DNA of 64,000 bases, taken from Alphaproteobacteria bacterium. Its GTDB lineage: Bacteria; Pseudomonadota; Alphaproteobacteria; UBA6615. The notes below the pieces were generated by a model. That model was not told the DNA's origin. It searched no databases and was given only the letters and a program-made list of their open reading frames with translations. Where the stretch lies: contig OZ253937.1 in the NCBI GenBank assembly GCA_965267185.1, forward strand, positions 327,030 through 391,029. The letters run 5' to 3'. Both the position numbers and the translations under genes were made by a program. Every line of letters begins with the position of its first letter. Position 1 is the first letter of the stretch. Shown here one piece after another: positions 30,741 to 40,009 of the stretch.

Positions 30741-31841
30741 CTAAGGAATAGACATCAGAAGCCGTAGCAGATCGCCCTGATTGGAAGCCCCGGTTTTCTC
30801 GAAGATATGGGCGAGATGGACCCTCGCGGTGTTGACGCTGATCTTCATTGCCGCCGCTGCTTCCGGCACGGACTTTCCCTCTCCGAGGAGGACCGCCAGC
30901 TCGGCCTCGCGCCGTGACAGGCCCAGGCCCGTACGAAGATCGGCATGATCCGGATGCTGGCTGCGGTGTTCCGGGTCCTTGATCATTGCGACGGCGGCGG
31001 CCGTCTCCGTCGCGCCTTCGAGATGCAACGGCCACGGCAAAACGCGCAGCAGGTAGGATAGCTTCCCCGAGGGGCGCGCCAGCGAAGTGACGGCGCTGCC
31101 ATCGGACGTTACTGCAACCGCGTCCATGACGAGCGCGCTCAAACGTCGAGTGTCGGCGGCTTTGTTGGCTTTGAGATGGCCTTCCACAACGGCAAGCCCA
31201 TCATTCTCGGCGAGTATGCGGTCGGCCTCGGCGTTGGTTCCGATAACACGGCCGGTTTTCGACAACAGGATCAGGCCTTCGCCGGCGCTTTGGTTGAGCA
31301 AATCGAAAAGACTGGCGCGTTCTTTTGTAAGAGCCAGTTGCTGCGACAGCGCCATGGCGTTGCGAATATGCGGCGCCAGGAGCTCGAAATGGCCGATGTC
31401 CGTCTCATCGACGTGATCTTGCTTGATCGCTCGATTGATCGATGCAAACAAACTGGAGCCGTCGGCTAACTGATAATGGGCGCCGATGAAATAGCGAACG
31501 CCGCTCTTCCGCGCCATCCAATCGTAGAATTCGTGGCGGTCCATCTCCCGGTCGTTGGCGTAGCGGTAATCCCAGCACAAGCTTCCCGGCGGCGCGTTGC
31601 GGACCCACTTCACGCGGGGGTCGATGGCGTAGATATGCTCGCCATATTCGACGCCATTCGGCTCGAGCGCCACGCTGTGCCACGACATGATCTGTTGCTC
31701 GGGATCGGTGAAGAAAATAACCCCGCCCGCGCTGTCCAGAATCTTGCGGATATTGTCGACGGCGGTTATCCAGGCAGCGGGCTGTACGGCTGCTTCATAG
31801 ATATCGGCGACGGCCTGATGTAGCTGGTCTTGTTCAGACAC
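30741..31841 (-). CDS. LuxR-type HTH regulator (paralogue 4)
   Basis: GTG at 31841 (MSEQDQLHQ, matches paralogue 3 N-terminus); 366 aa; same motifs. Confidence 0.88.
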   Translation of the reverse strand: MSEQDQLHQAVADIYEAAVQPAAWITAVDNIRKILDSAGGVIFFTDPEQQIMSWHSVALEPNGVEYGEHIYAIDPRVKWVRNAPPGSLCWDYRYANDREMDRHEFYDWMARKSGVRYFIGAHYQLADGSSLFASINRAIKQDHVDETDIGHFELLAPHIRNAMALSQQLALTKERASLFDLLNQSAGEGLILLSKTGRVIGTNAEADRILAENDGLAVVEGHLKANKAADTRRLSALVMDAVAVTSDGSAVTSLARPSGKLSYLLRVLPWPLHLEGATETAAAVAMIKDPEHRSQHPDHADLRTGLGLSRREAELAVLLGEGKSVPEAAAAMKISVNTARVHLAHIFEKTGASNQGDLLRLLMSIP

Positions 31842-32081
31842 AGTCCGCTTCCCCCCATATGTTTCAGCGGCACCCACACGATGCGGTATTCGCGTGCGTT
31901 GTGGAAGGGGGCTAACGCTTTCTTGATGGACGCCAGGACCTGTTCCTCGCCGGAATGGTTCGTCCATTAGGTGCGCAGAGGCGCCATAACGCCGTTATTT
32001 GATGCGATATGGCAGGATTTTGGTGCTTTTTTGAGATTCGCGGTATCTGGGTCCGGTGCGGTGACATTTTCCCGCCCGCAC

Positions 32082-33176
32082 TTACGCCAGTTCGATCGGC
32101 AGGGTTAATTTGGTGTGAGGCGTGATGATGCCGCCTCGGTCGCCGACGGTGACCGAGCCGTAGCGCTGCTTGTAGACCTCTGGCAACGGGCGGTCGCCGG
32201 GGATCGCGAGCCACAGGCGGAGCAGGTGACGCTGCGGTTTCGGCGCGGGCCAGTCGCGAAACGCCGTGCGGTCGTGCATCAGCGAGTGATTGTGGACGAA
32301 CTGCATGTCGCCGGGCTCTAGCCGCATGGCGAAATTCAGCTCCGGATCGTTGGTGAGTTCGTCGAGTAGATCGAGCGCCTCGATCTTGGCGTCGCTGAGT
32401 GGCGGTGCGCCGGGAATAAGCTGTGCGCTGTCGATATATTGCCGTTGATAGAGCGCACTCAGATAGCCTGCGTACCAGTTGAACACGGGAATTTCGAAGT
32501 AAGGTTTTTCGCCCGCCGGCACTTCGCCGCGCCGGTCCATGGGGACCGGCTCGAACAGCAGCGGCACCAGGTCGGGCCGTCGCCGCTGCATCTCGTTGTA
32601 AAGCGTAGCCGTGCTCACCAGTTGCGAGTCGCCGCCTTCCATCGCCTGGTGGACACATAGCAGCCCGGCCACGTCGGATGAATCGGTGTGGAAGGTCTGC
32701 CGGTGGGCGGTCTGGTAGATGCGCACATTACGGTCGTTCAAGTCGGCGCCGACGTCGCGGACATGGCCCAGCAGGTGGCCCATCGCATTCTGCGAGCGCG
32801 CTTTTCCCAGATGCGCGCCAATGCCGCAAAAAATCGTTGCGGTCATTTCGGGCGAATAACCGGCCACCGGCAGGCCACGCAATATCTCGAAGCCGATGCC
32901 GGCGATCAGGGTTTGCTGCAATACCGTTAGGTGTTCGCCGAAAGTGGGCAACGGGAAATCGTCGCGAGACAGGGCGCCGATGTCTTTGCCGCTCTCGATG
33001 AAGCGCGCCGCCGCGCTCTCCAACTCGGCGATATCCGATGGGGCAAGCTGGACCAGCCAGCGCTCCGGCGCGGCTGCCATGTCTTTGCCCCGCCACGCCG
33101 ACGGCGTGTCGACGACCGGAGGTGGCAGGGGGTATGCCGTTGCCTTTTCCTGTGAGGAGGTCGTCGCGAGGGTCAT
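32082..33176 (-). CDS. TauD/TfdA-family Fe(II)/2-oxoglutarate dioxygenase
   Basis: FHTD (HxD), LEPGDMQFVHN...HDR, RHLLRLWL. Confidence 0.85.
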   Translation of the reverse strand: MTLATTSSQEKATAYPLPPPVVDTPSAWRGKDMAAAPERWLVQLAPSDIAELESAAARFIESGKDIGALSRDDFPLPTFGEHLTVLQQTLIAGIGFEILRGLPVAGYSPEMTATIFCGIGAHLGKARSQNAMGHLLGHVRDVGADLNDRNVRIYQTAHRQTFHTDSSDVAGLLCVHQAMEGGDSQLVSTATLYNEMQRRRPDLVPLLFEPVPMDRRGEVPAGEKPYFEIPVFNWYAGYLSALYQRQYIDSAQLIPGAPPLSDAKIEALDLLDELTNDPELNFAMRLEPGDMQFVHNHSLMHDRTAFRDWPAPKPQRHLLRLWLAIPGDRPLPEVYKQRYGSVTVGDRGGIITPHTKLTLPIELA

Positions 33177-33236
33177 GGTGAAACAAGAGAACCCGGATTA
33201 AGCCGGTTTGTAAACTGCAGCCGGGTTAGGTTGGGC

Positions 33237-33365
33237 TCAGACGCTGTGCTTCTTTTTCAGTTCATTCGCCTGAAGCGACACCCACCAAATGGCGGCGACG
33301 CCCAAAAAGAATATGCCGAGGCCGGCAAAGAACAGGCAGATGAACAGCATCGGGGACATGCTCAT
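33237..33365 (-). CDS. Small single-TM protein (42 aa), below ORF-track cutoff
   Basis: GGAGG RBS; MSMSPMLFICLFFAGLGIFFLGVAAIWWVSLQANELKKKHSV*. Confidence 0.65.
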   Translation of the reverse strand: MSMSPMLFICLFFAGLGIFFLGVAAIWWVSLQANELKKKHSV

Positions 33366-33478
33366 GGATCCTCCGTTGGGGAAAAGCGGCCGGGTTGGCC
33401 GCGAGCAATCCCACTACCGAAGGAGGCTGCGTTCATTGACTTCGGTCAGTCTGACGGCCGAGGATAGGCGATGCCGAT

Positions 33479-33916
33479 CTAGAGGATCGGCGACAGCCAG
33501 CCGACCACGGCGCCATAGAGTATGTGCACAACCAGCGCGGTGACCCAGGCCCAGGGGCCGTGTTTGAGACTAAAGAACCCGCCCCGCAGGAAGATCGGCA
33601 CGAAAATGAGCTGCGCGCCGAAGAATAGAATGACGCCCCAAATCACGCCGCGAATGAACGGATCGCCGGGCAAATATTGGGCGACGACGGTTGCGTAGAG
33701 AAGGGCGAATATTGCCCCGTTCACGTGCAAGAGGGCGATCCCCATACCGTAAGGCGCGGGGCCGTCGTAGGAGTCGCCGAAAGTAAGTTCCGTCATCCCC
33801 CGAGGGAAATCGAGCCGCGGCAGACCGTACCGGGGCGCCCACAGCGCGAAAATCAAGAGAATATAGCCGGCGAGAACGCCGACACCTGACACATGCAGGA
33901 AGAAATCTAAGCCCAT
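33479..33916 (-). CDS. Hypothetical 4-TM membrane protein
   Basis: 145 aa; hydrophobic helices with intramembrane His (LLHVNG, VVHILYG). Confidence 0.75.
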   Translation of the reverse strand: MGLDFFLHVSGVGVLAGYILLIFALWAPRYGLPRLDFPRGMTELTFGDSYDGPAPYGMGIALLHVNGAIFALLYATVVAQYLPGDPFIRGVIWGVILFFGAQLIFVPIFLRGGFFSLKHGPWAWVTALVVHILYGAVVGWLSPIL

Positions 33917-34139
33917 GACCCCTCTAACCCCCAGTTCAAGAATGATGGCCGGCTGAATAGCCGCTGCCGAAAACTGTTGCGGCCCCTAATGTAACGCTTT
34001 CGGTAGGCGCGGTGGCAAGAGGTGGTTCAGAGGTTACGGCTGAAAATGGCAGAGCAAGAAAACTTAACGCCGCGTGGTTGAGCGGGCCCTAGTGATGTGC
34101 CAATCCGTTCTTGAATTCGGCGACGGGGAGTAGACGCAG

Positions 34140-35021
34140 ATGATCAGCGCGGCGATGCCGTACAAGAAGAAGACCGTTCAGGTGAACGGCTACGACATCG
34201 CCTATGTCGACGAGGGCGACGGCGATCCCATCGTGTTCGTCCATGGCAACGCCAACTCATCCTATATGTGGCGTAACATTATGCCTCATCTCGAAGGGCT
34301 TGGCCGGCTGATCGCGCTGGACAATATCGGTCAGGGGGATTCCGATAAGCTCCGCGATAGCGGACCCGATAGCTACATGATCGCCGAGCACCAGATCTAT
34401 TTCGACGGGGCGCTGGCCGCGCTCGGCGTGACAGAAAACGTCACACTGGTTGTCCACGACTGGGGCGGTACGCTGGGCTTGTCGTGGGCGGAGCGCCACC
34501 CGCAGGCGATCAAGGGCATCGCCCATTGCGAAATCGTTGTTGCCGATCATGAAAGTTACGAGGCTTACCCCGATGGTCATGGCGAACGCTTAAAGCACGC
34601 TCGGGGACCGGAAGGTGAGGCGTTGGTGCTCGAAGACAACTTCTTCGTTGAGCGGGTGTTCACCGGAGGCGTCATCCGCGAGATGGATGGCGAAGCGATG
34701 GCCGAGATTCGCCGCCCCTATGAAGAACCCGGCGAGGCGCGGCGGCCGACCCTGTCATGGGTGCGCCAAATTCCCATCGGCGGCAAACCGGCGAATGTCG
34801 CTGAGCTCAGCGAACGGCTGTCGGCCTGGATGGCCACGACCGATTTTCCCAAGCTGTTCATCGAGGCCGACCCGGGCCAGATTATCTTCGGCCGCGACCG
34901 CGACATCATCGACAGCTGGCCCAACCAGTCGCGGATCAAGGTCCGCGGCCTGCATCACCCGCAGGAAGATTCCCCCGATGAGATCGGCGGCGGGCTGGCC
35001 GACTGGTACCGGCGTATTTGA
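34140..35021 (+). CDS. Haloalkane dehalogenase (HLD-II-like alpha/beta hydrolase)
   Basis: HGN..SSY.WRNIMP, VVHDWG (nucleophile Asp), N.FVE, RRPTLSW.RQIP, GLHH.QEDSPDEIG. Confidence 0.88.
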   Translation: MISAAMPYKKKTVQVNGYDIAYVDEGDGDPIVFVHGNANSSYMWRNIMPHLEGLGRLIALDNIGQGDSDKLRDSGPDSYMIAEHQIYFDGALAALGVTENVTLVVHDWGGTLGLSWAERHPQAIKGIAHCEIVVADHESYEAYPDGHGERLKHARGPEGEALVLEDNFFVERVFTGGVIREMDGEAMAEIRRPYEEPGEARRPTLSWVRQIPIGGKPANVAELSERLSAWMATTDFPKLFIEADPGQIIFGRDRDIIDSWPNQSRIKVRGLHHPQEDSPDEIGGGLADWYRRI

Positions 35022-35042
35022 TATCTCGCGTTGTTCGGGGCG

Positions 35043-35528
35043 CTAGCCGGTAATCGTCACTTCCGCTTCGATCTCGACCGCCATGGAGAAGGGCAGGCCG
35101 GCCACGCCGATGGCCGAGCGGGCATGGCGGCCGATGTCGGGGCCGAATACCTCCAAGATGAGTTCGGAAAACCCGTTGATCACCAACGGCTGTTTGTCGA
35201 AGCCGGGCGCGGTGTTGACCATGCCGAACACCCGGTTCCACGAGATAATGCGGTCGAGGTCGCCGAGCTCGCGCTCAAGGCTCCCTAGCATCGACAGTGC
35301 TGCTTTGTGCGCTAAGCTGGCAGCAATCTCGACGCTGACATCCCCGCCGACCTGACCGAACGGTCCGGCCAGCGATCCGTCTTCACTCTGCGGCCCGTGG
35401 CCCGACACATAGACCGTATCGCCGCGCACGTTCACCCACGGGAACGGGAGTTCCATGCCGCCCGGTATTTGTGGCGCGGGTGGCAGGCTCAGCCCCAATT
35501 CGGCAATTTTTTCCGCGATCTTCGGCAT
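35043..35528 (-). CDS. RidA/YjgF-family protein
   Basis: VYVSGHGP, VINGFSEL...VFG...GRHARSAIGVA.LP...AVEIE. Confidence 0.85.
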   Translation of the reverse strand: MPKIAEKIAELGLSLPPAPQIPGGMELPFPWVNVRGDTVYVSGHGPQSEDGSLAGPFGQVGGDVSVEIAASLAHKAALSMLGSLERELGDLDRIISWNRVFGMVNTAPGFDKQPLVINGFSELILEVFGPDIGRHARSAIGVAGLPFSMAVEIEAEVTITG

Positions 35529-35691
35529 GGCTCTCTCTCCGGTCGTAAGCGGGCGCGACCCTTAGTCTAGTCCGATCGGCGCCGGATAGCCGCCCGGTAA
35601 AGGAATTATTTAGGTTAACGGAATACCATACTCCTCATATCAGAAGGCTTCGGTTTAAGCCTTTGGCACAGCTCGCTTTAGGAGTTTCGCA

Positions 35692-36111
35692 ATGGCTATC
35701 GTTGAGTGGTCCGACGACTTCAAGATCGGTGAGGACAAGATCGACAGAGAGCATTGGGGCCTGTTCGCCCTGATCCACGATCTCGGCGACAAAATCTCAC
35801 AAGGTGCTGCGGAGACATCGATCAATGCAACGATCGAGGCGTTGGCGGCATATGTGGACGTGCACTTCGAACACGAAGAACGGCTGATGCAGGAAACCGG
35901 TTACCCCGAGTTCGACGCGCACAAAAAAGCCCACGAGGCGCTGGACCAGCGGGTCGCCGAGTTCAAGGAGGCGCTGCGGCGTTCACCGGAGACCTTCGAC
36001 TTCGAAGGGCTGATGGATTTCTTGTCCAACTGGCTGAGCGAGCACATTCTCAAAGTCGACATGAAGTTTGCCGCGTTCCATAAGGAACAACTCGCCGCAG
36101 CCGAAGCTTAA
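35692..36111 (+). CDS. Bacteriohemerythrin (single domain)
   Basis: ID.EH, HF.HEE.LM, YP...AHK.AH, WL..HI...D: full diiron ligand set. Confidence 0.92.
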   Translation: MAIVEWSDDFKIGEDKIDREHWGLFALIHDLGDKISQGAAETSINATIEALAAYVDVHFEHEERLMQETGYPEFDAHKKAHEALDQRVAEFKEALRRSPETFDFEGLMDFLSNWLSEHILKVDMKFAAFHKEQLAAAEA

Positions 36112-36193
36112 GCGCGCGCCTAACGTCAGCGCTTTGTCGCGGCTTTGCCCCGGCCTGCCGAGCCGGGGCCAGCCTATATGGACAGGGCCAGCG

Positions 36194-36415
36194 TTACTTC
36201 TTGCGCCGCTTCTTAGGTCGCGCCACCGAGTGACGCAGCTCAGCTTCCAGCCGTTCATCCCAGTAGTATCGGCCGAACGCCGATTTGGTGAGCGCTTTAG
36301 CGAACTTTTCGCGCGCCGCCGGGGTAGAGCTCTCTTGCCGCCTGATGGGGTTGTGTTCTTTGCTCTTGTGGGTCCGCGTGGCCGGCGTCGTCGCGCCGTC
36401 TACCCGCTTTTTCAT
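36194..36415 (-). CDS. Small basic hypothetical protein (73 aa)
   Basis: ATG 36415 preceded by GGAGA; K/R-rich ends; no recognised family. Confidence 0.45.
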   Translation of the reverse strand: MKKRVDGATTPATRTHKSKEHNPIRRQESSTPAAREKFAKALTKSAFGRYYWDERLEAELRHSVARPKKRRKK

Positions 36416-36626
36416 AAGGGTGATCTCCATAGCCAGTATCGATCGCCATGGCCCAATGGCAACATGGCGCCGGGTTGCCCGCAGACGCACGTCGCCTGCG
36501 GCCCGGATCGATGACTGGTTGGAGGAGGGAGTGACCCCTAAGGCTTTGGATCTGTCACAAAGCAGTTCATGGGAAATAAATGGATTGCGACGCTTGCGTT
36601 TGCAAGAGCCGGCCCCTGAAAGCGCG

Positions 36627-37436
36627 TCACCCGAGCTGCGTTAGCGTGACCACAAATATGAAAGTGAGATACCCGACGAACATGCGGTGCAGGAGCTTGT
36701 CGGCGATCTTGTGAGACCAGCGGACGCCGAAGGGCGAGCCGATCACCGCGCCGACCGCCAACCCGCCGAACGCCGGCAGATAGAGATAACCCACCGATAG
36801 AGACGGCAAGCCGATTTCGTCGAAGCCGCCATAGATGTACCCCGCGGCGGCGGCGAGCCCGACCAGACCGGCGAGCGCCGAGCAGGTCGCTGCCACGACC
36901 GGCATAGGGCAGCGCGCGGTGCGCAGATAGGGGCCGATGATAATCGCCGGACCGGGCCCGAGCAGCGCACCAGAAACGCCAGTGAGCGAACCGTGGGCCC
37001 ACAAGGAGGGCCCGCGGACGCCGATAAAATTTCCGCCGGGGACAGGCGCTTCATGGCGCTGAAAGACGCCGCGCACGATGGCCAGCGCGACGAAGCTGAT
37101 AAAGATCACCTTTAGGACGATCCCCGGCAGGACGTCGCCGAACAATGCACCCGCGACGGCGCCCACTACGATGAACGGAACGAACCGGAAGGCCAGCGGC
37201 AAATGCAGATCGCCGGTGCGCAAGCGCAACACCGTTATGTAGGCCGAAGTCGCCGCCATCACCGCCAGCGACGTGCCGGCGGTCATGTGCATGACCTGGC
37301 TGTCGACGACGCCCTGCAGGGGTAGGGCGATGATCAGCGCGGGCGTTGTGGTGAAGGCGCCGCCGACGCCGAACAGGCCCGATACGAACCCGGCGAGCAG
37401 TCCGGTAGCCACATAAATTGCAACGGCTTCGAGCAC
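36627..37436 (-). CDS. Sulfite exporter TauE/SafE-family membrane protein
   Basis: AGFVSGLFGVGG...PAL, AGTSLAVM, VGYLYLP, G...G.P.G.R; GTG start. Confidence 0.85.
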   Translation of the reverse strand: MLEAVAIYVATGLLAGFVSGLFGVGGAFTTTPALIIALPLQGVVDSQVMHMTAGTSLAVMAATSAYITVLRLRTGDLHLPLAFRFVPFIVVGAVAGALFGDVLPGIVLKVIFISFVALAIVRGVFQRHEAPVPGGNFIGVRGPSLWAHGSLTGVSGALLGPGPAIIIGPYLRTARCPMPVVAATCSALAGLVGLAAAAGYIYGGFDEIGLPSLSVGYLYLPAFGGLAVGAVIGSPFGVRWSHKIADKLLHRMFVGYLTFIFVVTLTQLG

Positions 37437-37605
37437 GTGGAACGGTCTCCGGTGGATATGCACGGCGCGAGCGGCCATGCGCATGAGAAGCCAGCACCTT
37501 GCGCCGTGCCGCCGCTGCTGGCAATGGCACGCACTCTCCCCTGGGCGCTACGATGGCGAGATAATAAATAAGATTGCGCTATGCACGTCGCTGGTTGAGG
37601 TCTGC

Positions 37606-37953
37606 ATGAATATTGGACAAGCTATTGGAACATGCTTCGGCAAATATGCTGTCGTCGAGGGTAGAGCAAGCCGGTCTGAGTACTGGTATTGGATGTTGTT
37701 CAGCGTTCTCATCTGCGCGGTGTTGTCGACGATATTTCCCTTGTTGGGCTTAATATTTGCGCTGGCGATTTTCTTTCCGTCGATAAGTGTGTTTGTTAGA
37801 CGAATGCATGATACCGGAAGATCGGGCTGGTGGTTTTTCCTGTCGTTTATTCCGCTCATCGGCTCGATCGTTCTAATAATCTTCGCGATCCAGAAGGGTA
37901 CCGAAGGTGATAACCGGTACGGCCCGAGTCCTTTGGGTATTACCGCCAGTTAA
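37606..37953 (+). CDS. DUF805 family inner-membrane protein
   Basis: KYA..EGRASRSEYWYW, VRRMHDTGRSGWW, GT.GDNRYGP; AT-rich. Confidence 0.9.
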   Translation: MNIGQAIGTCFGKYAVVEGRASRSEYWYWMLFSVLICAVLSTIFPLLGLIFALAIFFPSISVFVRRMHDTGRSGWWFFLSFIPLIGSIVLIIFAIQKGTEGDNRYGPSPLGITAS

Positions 37954-38489
37954 CCACCGACCTTTAAGGTGATTCCGCTGCCCTGGCAGAACGTGTCGGG
38001 TTGATCGGGCACCCCGTATTCCACATCTATGGAAAGCTGATCGCCGTCGAGGCGGCCGGTGATCCATTGGAATATCTGCGCGCCGGTGTCGTGCTGCTTC
38101 AAGGGCAGCCGCCCGCCGAACGAACCGTCCTCGGCAATCGGCCAGTCGAAGTTGGCGCCCTCGGCCGCCATGCCGCTGATGCGCCCGTCCTGCACCCGGC
38201 CGAGGAACGAACCGTCGAACGGGAAACGGCAGCCGCGCGGGCCGACCCAGCCGCTGAACGGCCGCAGCGGGCGCTCCGCCGGTGTGGCGTCGGGGCTCGC
38301 CGTCGACGGATCAACCTGCATCTTAGGCAGCGGCATGATCTGACGGTTCTTGCCCATCCCCTCAACCGGGCCCGACAGCACGCCCTGTGGTTCTTTATCC
38401 TGCGCATGGACCGGGCCGACGCTGCCGAATACCATCAGAAGCCCGGTAAGGCAGGCTGCTCTTGCTTTTGCGGCGGCGGAACAGATCAT
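37950..38489 (-). CDS. Exported hypothetical protein
   Basis: 179 aa with signal peptide (PVHAQ), two Cys. Confidence 0.6.
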   Translation of the reverse strand: MICSAAAKARAACLTGLLMVFGSVGPVHAQDKEPQGVLSGPVEGMGKNRQIMPLPKMQVDPSTASPDATPAERPLRPFSGWVGPRGCRFPFDGSFLGRVQDGRISGMAAEGANFDWPIAEDGSFGGRLPLKQHDTGAQIFQWITGRLDGDQLSIDVEYGVPDQPDTFCQGSGITLKVGG

Positions 38490-38595
38490 GAGCCCATCGG
38501 CTATTTGATATTCGCGGTACAGAGGTTAAGTAACGGTCTAAGAAGTAGGTTCGCTTCGATTATTCTCAAATTCAAGCCCCGGGAGGTTCAGTCCC

Positions 38596-39972
38596 GTGTC
38601 CGATTACGATTACGACCTGTTTGTCATTGGCGCCGGCTCCGGCGGGGTTCGCGCCGCCAGATTCTCGGCAAATTATGGCGCCCGCGTGGCCATTGCCGAA
38701 GATATGTTCATGGGCGGCACGTGCGTGAATGTCGGCTGTATCCCGAAAAAGCTGTTCGTCTATGCCGCCCACTTCCATGAAGATTTCGCCGATTCAGCGG
38801 CCTATGGCTGGACCGCCGAGGCCAAGGACTTCGACTGGCGCACGTTGGTCGACAACAAGGATACGGAAATCAAGCGCCTGAACGGCATCTACGAGCGCCT
38901 GCTCGGCAATGCCGGGGTCGAGATCGTCAACGGCCGTGCCACCCTGGTCGACGCCCATACGGTCGAAGTCGCCGGCAAGCACTACACCGCGGAGAACATC
39001 CTGGTGGCGACCGGCGGCTGGCCGGTGGTGCCCGATATCCCCGGCAAAGAGCACATCGTGACGTCGACCGAGGCGTTTTACCTGGATGAGCTGCCGAAGC
39101 GCGCGATCGTCGTCGGCGGCGGCTATATCGCCGTCGAATTCGCCGGCATTTTCAACGGCATCGGCGTCGATACCACCCTGATGTATCGCGGGCCGCTGTT
39201 CATGCGCGGCTTCGACCAGGACATCCGAACCCATTTGGCCGATGAGCTGGCCAAGAAGGGTATCGATCTGAAATTCTCGACCAACATCGCCTCGATCGAG
39301 AAGACGGCGTCGGGGCTGGTCGCGACGTGCGAAGACGGCTCGACGGTAGAGACCGATCTCATCATGTACGCCACCGGGCGGGCGCCCAAGGTCGCCGGGC
39401 TAGGTCTGAAAGAACTCGGCGTCGACATGGCGGACAACGGTGCCATTATCGTCGACGACCATTTCAAAACCTCGGTGGATTCGATCTACGCCATCGGCGA
39501 CGTGATCGACCGTATGCAGCTCACCCCGGTCGCGCTGGCGGAAGGTATGGCTGTGGCCAAAACGCTGTTCAGAGGCGAACCCTCGACCGCCGACTATGAG
39601 CATGTCGCCACCGCGGTGTTCAGCCAGCCGCCGGTCGGCACCGTGGGCCTCACTGAGGAGGAGGCGCGCGAGCGCCATGGCGACGTCGCCATCTTCCGCT
39701 CGACCTTCCGCGCGCTGAAGCACACGCTTACCGGGCGCGACGAGCAAACCATGATGAAGATGATCGTCGACAGGAAGACCGACAAAGTGCTCGGCGTCCA
39801 TATGGTCGGCGCCGATGCCGGCGAGATCCTGCAGGGGATCGCCGTGGCGCTTAAAGCGGGCGCGACCAAGGCCGTGTTCGATTCCACCATCGGCATCCAC
39901 CCGACGGCAGCGGAAGAGTTCGTCACCATGCGCGATCCGGTGCCCGAACCGGTTGCTGAGGCGGCGGAGTAG
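38596..39972 (+). CDS. gor: Glutathione-disulfide reductase
   Basis: [36 protein letters not shown]. Confidence 0.95.
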   Translation: MSDYDYDLFVIGAGSGGVRAARFSANYGARVAIAEDMFMGGTCVNVGCIPKKLFVYAAHFHEDFADSAAYGWTAEAKDFDWRTLVDNKDTEIKRLNGIYERLLGNAGVEIVNGRATLVDAHTVEVAGKHYTAENILVATGGWPVVPDIPGKEHIVTSTEAFYLDELPKRAIVVGGGYIAVEFAGIFNGIGVDTTLMYRGPLFMRGFDQDIRTHLADELAKKGIDLKFSTNIASIEKTASGLVATCEDGSTVETDLIMYATGRAPKVAGLGLKELGVDMADNGAIIVDDHFKTSVDSIYAIGDVIDRMQLTPVALAEGMAVAKTLFRGEPSTADYEHVATAVFSQPPVGTVGLTEEEARERHGDVAIFRSTFRALKHTLTGRDEQTMMKMIVDRKTDKVLGVHMVGADAGEILQGIAVALKAGATKAVFDSTIGIHPTAAEEFVTMRDPVPEPVAEAAE

Positions 39973-40009
39973 GACCGCTCGGTTTTACGGCGCAGACGCC
40001 GGTTTGACC

